NCBI GenBank assembly: GCA_902765215.1
Contig: CACWZA010000011.1
Coordinates: forward strand, 10,897 to 74,896
Direction: 5' to 3'
Length of the DNA stretch: 64,000 nucleotides
DNA from: an uncultured bacterium
Lineage (GTDB): Bacteria; Cyanobacteriota; Vampirovibrionia; Gastranaerophilales; Gastranaerophilaceae
Shown: positions 55,595 to 61,254 of the stretch, one piece after another
How the letters are laid out: each line of letters opens with the position of its first letter
How positions within the stretch are numbered: the first letter of the stretch is position 1
Made by a program: the position numbers and the translations under genes
The notes under the pieces: model-generated
Databases searched by the model: none
What the model was told of the DNA's origin: nothing
The model's input: only the letters and a program-made list of their open reading frames with translations

Positions 55595-55908
55595 CTCTTG
55601 AATTATTCGGGTAGGCATAGCGGTGCTTTCATTTAAATGTATTTACCCCCGACGTCCTCGCGTTAAACGGAACCGTGTCAAAACAAATCCAAAAGCGTGG
55701 TTTTGGATTATAAATTTTTTGACTCTCACTTTGTTCGTGGCTCTGTGCGTGCTGCTCTCTTGAATTATTCGGGTACGCATAGCGGTGCTTTCTTCGGAAC
55801 TCTACGCACGCACATTAAACGCCACCGCAAAAAATTTAAAACCAAAAGTGTGATTTTGGTTTATAAATTTTTTGACTCTCACTTTGTTCGTGGCTCTGTG
55901 CGTGCTGC
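55595..55908 (+). repeat. Two tandem copies (161 and 152 nt) of a GC-rich structured intergenic element
   Basis: The 5' ~36 nt (ctcttgaattattcgggta.gcatagcggtgctttc) and the 3' ~60 nt (ttataaattttttgactctcactttgttcgtggctctgtgcgtgctg) are near-identical between copies, while the middles diverge. Each copy holds an internal hairpin (atccaaaa..ttttggat / aaccaaaa..ttttggtt). The track ORF 55697-55927 repeats YKFFDSHFVRGSVRAA because of this duplication and is spurious. Confidence 0.75.
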
Positions 55909-56180
55909 AAAAAAAAACCGCTCTTAAAAGAGTGGTTTGGAATTTTTTGTGTAATTCCTCGTGTGTAGAAGGTTAGTGTGTGTAGGTTGTGTGTATGAAA
56001 GGTTTTTATAAATCTTGTTTATTACTTACATATATATAAAGTATTTTAGTATATACTAATTGCATACCAATGATATATTTGTTACATAAATTAATAAACC
56101 AAAACACAAAAACCAACCGCAAGTCAATAAAGACAACGCAATCAGGCAGTTAACAATCGGGCAGAATGTACGTAATAAAA

Positions 56181-57269
56181 CTATGTAATAGTAAATACTT
56201 TTCTGTAATATAAATATGTTCCGATAACCGTCAGAATTATGTTCGGCAGAAATGCAGCCAAGAACGGATGGATAGAACCCGCCTCACCAAACGATAACGA
56301 CAACGCACGTATCAGATAATAAGCAAAAATAATCAATATACTGAATAAAAATCCTCTGTTATACCGCACTCGCGGTGGAGTAATTGCCAGCGGAACCCCA
56401 ATAAGCACAAGTACAATCGTAGTCAGCGGCAGAGCAAGTTTATCGAATAATGATATAATCAAATCTGTCCTGTAATCAAGTGTCTTGTTATGTGCAATAA
56501 AGACACACAATTGGAGGAAGTTATGCTCGTTTGCAACATTTCGCTTTAATTCCTTTTTAAGATTTACCCCAAACTGTGCTACCGTCTTTCCAAAATAAGT
56601 AGCATTCAGTATCTTTCCGCTGTCAGCAATCGTATATACAATACCGTTATTGAAGATCCAGCCCTTAGGCGATGAACCGCCGGACTGCGCCTGCAATATG
56701 TGTATCGCATCAGGTTTCGACATATCCAGTACAGTAACATTGTTAAACTGCTTATCCTCACAGGATTCAACATAAAACAGCCGCTTTAATGACCTGTCCT
56801 CGTTTACCTCCTGGAAGGTAAAGTCATGCTTACCCTCAGGAATATTCTTCTGACAAAATGCCCACAACGCCAAATCCTTAGACTGCTTTGTCATAACAGG
56901 CACAATCGTTTCATTAATAAAGAAACTCGCAAAACACATTACTGTCGCAAAGATAAAAACAGGTTTTGCTATTCTGTTGAAACCTATTCCGCATGCCCGC
57001 ATTACTGTCAGCTCAGATGCCAGACTCAGTTTATTCAAAGTCATTACAGTCGAAAGCAATACCCCCATAGGTATCGTCATTACAAATATTGACGGCAAGC
57101 TCAATATGACAAGTATCAACGCAACCTTAAACGGAATACCGTATTTTGCTATCTGTTTGATTAATGTCATAAAAGTATCCGATGCAAAGATAATGGAAGT
57201 AAAAACCAATACCCCCATAATAAACATTTCAATTACCTGCTTAAGTATATACTTATCAAGCAATTTCAT
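56181..57269 (-). CDS. LptF/LptG-family LPS export permease
   Basis: Start moved to MKLLDKYILKQV, the typical family N-terminus. 6 TM spans with a large periplasmic loop. Confidence 0.85.
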   Translation of the reverse strand: MKLLDKYILKQVIEMFIMGVLVFTSIIFASDTFMTLIKQIAKYGIPFKVALILVILSLPSIFVMTIPMGVLLSTVMTLNKLSLASELTVMRACGIGFNRIAKPVFIFATVMCFASFFINETIVPVMTKQSKDLALWAFCQKNIPEGKHDFTFQEVNEDRSLKRLFYVESCEDKQFNNVTVLDMSKPDAIHILQAQSGGSSPKGWIFNNGIVYTIADSGKILNATYFGKTVAQFGVNLKKELKRNVANEHNFLQLCVFIAHNKTLDYRTDLIISLFDKLALPLTTIVLVLIGVPLAITPPRVRYNRGFLFSILIIFAYYLIRALSLSFGEAGSIHPFLAAFLPNIILTVIGTYLYYRKVFTIT

Positions 57270-57460
57270 ATTTTCAACTTTGAAATTTTTAATCTCTTCT
57301 AGCATATAAATATTGTAACCTAAAAAAAGATAAATAACCCCTTTTTCTAATTTTTTATAATCATATTTTCTAATGTAATTATCCGCAAACAAACTAAGAT
57401 GAAGTATATATAATCCTCATCGCTCATTCCTCTCTGCTCTGGAGAGGTTTTTTTACGGAA

Positions 57461-60400
57461 TTACATGTCGTCAGAGTCAAACGGTTTGCGTGTCAAAGGA
57501 AGTCTGCTTTGCATGGTTTCAAATGCACTGTAAACAGGTGTTTCCTGAGGTTGTTGTGCTCTATAACCGTTAACAGGTGTAACAACTGCAACAGGTCTGT
57601 ATTCAGGCTCGATAGGAGCTCTTTGCTGTTCAACCACAGGCTGAACAGGTTTTACAACAACTGTTCTCTGTTCTGTATATGTTCTCTGTTCAACCTTTAC
57701 AGGTGTGAATGTTGATTCCTTTACAACTTCTTTTACCGACTGTTGAGCAACAACAGGTTTTTGTTCTGCTACAACAGGTTTAACTGTCTGTACAGGTTTC
57801 TGCTCTGCTACAACAGGAGCAACTGCCTTTGGTTCAACCTTCACAGGAGTAAATGTCTGTACAGGTTTTTGTTCAGCCACAACAGGCTTAACTGTTTGTA
57901 CAGGCTTAACTTGTTCAACAGGTTTTACTACAGCCGCAGGTTTCTGTTCCGCTACAACTGGTTTAACCGTTTGTACAGGCTTAACTTGTTCAACAGGTTT
58001 TACTACAGCCACAGGTTTCTGTTCTGCTACAACAGGTTTGACCGTTTGGACAGGCTTAACTTGTTCAACAGGTTTTACCACAACTGCAGGTTTTTGTTCT
58101 GCTACAACTGGTTTTACAACAGCCTTTGGTTGAGCCTGTTGGATAACGACAGGTTCAAACGGCTGAACTGTTCTCAACGGTCTTGAAACTGTTTCTTGTT
58201 TTACCACCGCAGGTTGTTGCGCTATAACAGGTTTAACCTGTTCAACCGCAGGCTTTTGCTCTGCAACGACAGGTGCAACTGCCTTTGGCTCAACCTTCAC
58301 AGGGGTAAAGGTTTGAGCAGGTTTATCCTGAACTATTTTCTTAATAGGAATTTCCGGTATTCTTTGTTCAACAACAGGTTTCACAGGTTGAGCTACCGCA
58401 ACAGGAGCGACAACTTCTGTCTTTGGTTGTACCACCTGCTTCTTTGGTTCTGTATATGCAGGCTTGCTTTCAGCTACTTTTACAGTTTTTTCTTCCTTTA
58501 CCTTAACAGGTTTTGGTTGTTCAACCTTAGCAACCTTTACAGGCTTTTCTTCTTTTACCTTAACAGGTTTCGGTTGTTCTGCTTTTGCAACCTTAACAGG
58601 TTTTTCTTCCTTCACCTTAACAGGTTTCGGCTGTTCTGCCTTTGCTACCTTCACAGGTTTTTCTTCCTTCACCTTAACAGGTTTCGGTTGTCCTGCCTTT
58701 GCTACCTTCACAGGCTTTTCTTCCTTTACCTTCACAGGTTTTGGCTGTTCTGCCTTTGCTACCTTCACAGGTTTTTCTGCAGCCTTAGGAGCAGGCTGAG
58801 TTTTCGCAACCTTTAAAGGTTCCGGTACCTTAATTGTATTACCTGCTAACACATTATTTGTAATTTGTTTATCTGTCGGAACTGATTCAAATTTCTTAGG
58901 TTGTTCTTTTCCAAGTGCCGATGCTAATGCTGCTCTTGTAAAGATTGTGTTATTAACAACAGGAGTTACAACAGCAGACTCTTTTGCTTTAACAGGTTTG
59001 CTTTCAGCAACTTTTACAGTTTTTTCAGTTTTCACCTTTTCAGCCTTTGGCTGTTCAACCTTTGCAACCTTTACAGGTTTTTCTTCTTTCACCTTAACAG
59101 GTTTTGGCTCTTCAACTTTAGCTACCTTTACTGGCTTTTCTGTTTTCACCTTTTCAGCCTTTGGTTGTTCAACCTTAGCTACTTTAACAGGTTTTTCTTC
59201 CTTCACCCTAACAGGTTTTGGTTCTTCTGCCTTTGCAACCTTTACAGGTTTTTCCTGAGCAACAGTTTTTTGCTGCTTAGTCTTTGCATTTGCAAGAATT
59301 TCAGAATTTCTGTCTATATCAAATTCATCATTTTCTTTTGACTTAACAACAAAATTCTTAGTTATATCTGTTTCAATTTTTTGTGGTCGTTCATTTTTTA
59401 CAACTTCAGTTGTTTTATTTTCAGCAACTTTCACAGGAGCAGCAGGTTCAACCTTTACTTCCTCTGCTTTAGCAGCAGTTACAGGTTTTGATTCTTCTGC
59501 CTTAGCAATAGTTATCGACTTTTCTTCTTTTACCTTTTCAGCCTTTGGTTGTTCAGCTTTGGCTACTTTAACAGGTTTTTCTGCTTTCACTTTTTCAGCC
59601 TTTGGTTTTTCAACCTTAGCAACCTTCACAGGTTTTTCTTCCTTAACCTTTACTGGTTTCGGTTCTTCTGCTTTGGCCACTTTAACAGTTTTTTCTGCTT
59701 TCACTTTTTCAGCCTTTGGTTGTTCAGCCTTAGCAACCTTTACAGGTTTTTCCTCTTTCACCTTAACAGGTTTTGGTTCTTCTGCCTTAGCAATAGTTAC
59801 AGGCTTTTCTTCTTTTACTTTTTCAACCTTTGGTTGTTCAACTTTAGCAACCTTCACAGGTTTTTCTTCCTTAACCTTTACTGGTTTCGGTTCTTCTGCT
59901 TTGGCTACTTTAACAGGTTTTTCAGTTTTCACCTTTTCAGCCTTTGTTTGTTCAGCTTTAGCTACCTTTACAGGCTTTTCTTCCTTCACCTTTACTGGTT
60001 TTGGTTCTTCTGCTTTAGCTACCTTAACAGGTTTTTCAGCTTTCACCTTTTCAGCCTTTGGCTTTTCAACTTTAGCAACCTTTACTGATTTTTCTTCCTT
60101 AACCTTTTCAGGTTTAGCCAATTTTAAATTTTCACGCGCTACGCGTTCATTTTGTTTTTTATCAATTTTTGCCTGAGCTTTGTCAGACTTTTCCGTTCCG
60201 AAATAGTTAGAATTAATCTTTCCGTAATCTTCCGGTGACTTCGGAGCGACAAAATTTGTCTGCTGATAAGGAGTCTGTGCCTGAGCAACAGTTTTATTAT
60301 CCTGCGGAACAGATTTAGCAGAATTACCCATAGCAACAGTTTCTGTCTTTTCTTTTTTAAATAACCCGAGGAAACCGCCTTGTTTCTGAGTTTTAGCAGA

Positions 60401-61054
60401 TGCAATCTTTTCCTGTTTTTCCTTTTGTTCTCTTGCCAGCTTTTCCTGTTTTTGCTTTTGCGCTTTAGCAAGCTTTTCAGCTTTTTCTTTATCTTTTTGA
60501 GCCTTAGCAAGTTTTTCCTTTTGTTCTCTTGCCAGCTTTTCCTGTTCCTGCTTTTGCTTCAACTCTTTAGCAAGTCTTTCTTCCTTTTGTTGTTTTACAA
60601 ATTCTTTGATATCTGTTACATGGTCGACATCAATATTTTCAATTTCATCACCAATAAGCTCCTCTTGCATTTTGTACTTTTTAAGATGAGGAGTCATGAC
60701 CTTTTCGACACACTTTGACGAACTGTTAATTTTATAACCCTGTATAACATCCGCCTTAGGTTTCATTTGTTTTTTTGCGTTGGCATCCAAGTCCAGCTCA
60801 AGATTAAAGTCATTATCAATAATCTTTGCAATAGACATGCCTGCATCGATATCAATTACACTTTCACCGATATCAGGGGGAGTAAATATATTATCGACAG
60901 GGACTGTGCTTAATGCCATCAATCTGTCATAATCACAGGAGATATAATTGAATTTTATATCTGAGTCCGGGGTATAAGTAATATACGCATCAGAGCAGCT
61001 TTGAACTGCCAATAGTGATGCAATTACCATAGATGTACATAAAAATTTTTTCAT
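57461..61054 (-). CDS. 1197-aa secreted (possible lipo-)protein built from K/P/V/E/A/Q tandem repeats
   Basis: Signal peptide MKKFLCTSMVIASLLAVQS|C (Cys20, imperfect lipobox). An E/K/Q coiled-coil-like stretch (KELKQKQEQEKLAREQKEKLAKAQKDKEKAEKLAKAQ). Three arrays of a 19-aa unit EKPVKVAKAEQPKPVKVKE and a C-terminal array of a 25-aa unit VKPVVAEQKPVAVVKPVEQVKPVQT. Confidence 0.85.
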   Translation of the reverse strand: MKKFLCTSMVIASLLAVQSCSDAYITYTPDSDIKFNYISCDYDRLMALSTVPVDNIFTPPDIGESVIDIDAGMSIAKIIDNDFNLELDLDANAKKQMKPKADVIQGYKINSSSKCVEKVMTPHLKKYKMQEELIGDEIENIDVDHVTDIKEFVKQQKEERLAKELKQKQEQEKLAREQKEKLAKAQKDKEKAEKLAKAQKQKQEKLAREQKEKQEKIASAKTQKQGGFLGLFKKEKTETVAMGNSAKSVPQDNKTVAQAQTPYQQTNFVAPKSPEDYGKINSNYFGTEKSDKAQAKIDKKQNERVARENLKLAKPEKVKEEKSVKVAKVEKPKAEKVKAEKPVKVAKAEEPKPVKVKEEKPVKVAKAEQTKAEKVKTEKPVKVAKAEEPKPVKVKEEKPVKVAKVEQPKVEKVKEEKPVTIAKAEEPKPVKVKEEKPVKVAKAEQPKAEKVKAEKTVKVAKAEEPKPVKVKEEKPVKVAKVEKPKAEKVKAEKPVKVAKAEQPKAEKVKEEKSITIAKAEESKPVTAAKAEEVKVEPAAPVKVAENKTTEVVKNERPQKIETDITKNFVVKSKENDEFDIDRNSEILANAKTKQQKTVAQEKPVKVAKAEEPKPVRVKEEKPVKVAKVEQPKAEKVKTEKPVKVAKVEEPKPVKVKEEKPVKVAKVEQPKAEKVKTEKTVKVAESKPVKAKESAVVTPVVNNTIFTRAALASALGKEQPKKFESVPTDKQITNNVLAGNTIKVPEPLKVAKTQPAPKAAEKPVKVAKAEQPKPVKVKEEKPVKVAKAGQPKPVKVKEEKPVKVAKAEQPKPVKVKEEKPVKVAKAEQPKPVKVKEEKPVKVAKVEQPKPVKVKEEKTVKVAESKPAYTEPKKQVVQPKTEVVAPVAVAQPVKPVVEQRIPEIPIKKIVQDKPAQTFTPVKVEPKAVAPVVAEQKPAVEQVKPVIAQQPAVVKQETVSRPLRTVQPFEPVVIQQAQPKAVVKPVVAEQKPAVVVKPVEQVKPVQTVKPVVAEQKPVAVVKPVEQVKPVQTVKPVVAEQKPAAVVKPVEQVKPVQTVKPVVAEQKPVQTFTPVKVEPKAVAPVVAEQKPVQTVKPVVAEQKPVVAQQSVKEVVKESTFTPVKVEQRTYTEQRTVVVKPVQPVVEQQRAPIEPEYRPVAVVTPVNGYRAQQPQETPVYSAFETMQSRLPLTRKPFDSDDM
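57743..58186 (-). repeat. In-frame 75-bp (25-aa) tandem repeat array
   Basis: gtacaggcttaacttgttcaacagg recurs at 75-bp spacing (e.g. ~57898 and ~57973). It encodes VKPVVAEQKP.AVVKPVEQVKPVQT units. Confidence 0.8.
58464..60120 (-). repeat. Three blocks of an in-frame 57-bp (19-aa) tandem repeat (58464-58800, 58947-59258, 59549-60120)
   Basis: ccttaacaggttt recurs at 58501, 58558 and 58615 (57-bp period). Some units are near-identical. Confidence 0.85.
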
Positions 61055-61180
61055 TGAAACGTTTCCTATTTATACACAATTATATTAGATATAACCATCT
61101 TTCGACAACGAAAGATTGAAAAAATCATTCATATAACCTAGTAAAAATAAATCTCCCTCATTAATATTTTACCAAAAAAA

Positions 61181-61250
61181 ACCCAATTTGGTTCAAATTG
61201 GGTTAAAAGGGGAAACAAACTTTTACAAAACTCTGTTTGTAAAAGTTTGC
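61181..61250 (-). terminator. Two hairpins downstream of the autotransporter gene, the second a rho-independent terminator
   Basis: caaacttttacaaa-cagagt-tttgtaaaagtttg, then aacccaatttg-aac-caaattgggtt followed by T8 (read on the minus strand). Confidence 0.6.
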
Positions 61251-61254
61251 AAGG

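Noticed and set aside
55697-55927. 76-aa plus ORF after smpB.
   Set aside because: It contains the same 16-aa string twice solely because it reads through the tandem DNA repeat. It has no RBS. I treat it as non-coding.
55580-55940. I expected the tmRNA gene (ssrA) next to smpB.
   Set aside because: I found no tRNA-like acceptor/T-arm end (GGTTCGA.TCC...CCA) and no plausible tag reading frame ending in a hydrophobic -AA stop. The sequence is a 2-copy tandem repeat instead. ssrA is presumably elsewhere.
57509-60718. Regularly spaced repeats looked CRISPR-like. Several long plus-strand ORFs with repetitive F/L/S/N-rich translations also appear here (57743-58186, 58196-58816, 58464-58799, 58947-59258, 59549-60088, 59559-60176, 60380-60718).
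   Set aside because: The periods are 57 and 75 bp, in frame with a single 1197-aa minus-strand ORF that has a signal peptide. There are no unique spacers. The plus ORFs are mirror-frame artefacts of the coding repeats.
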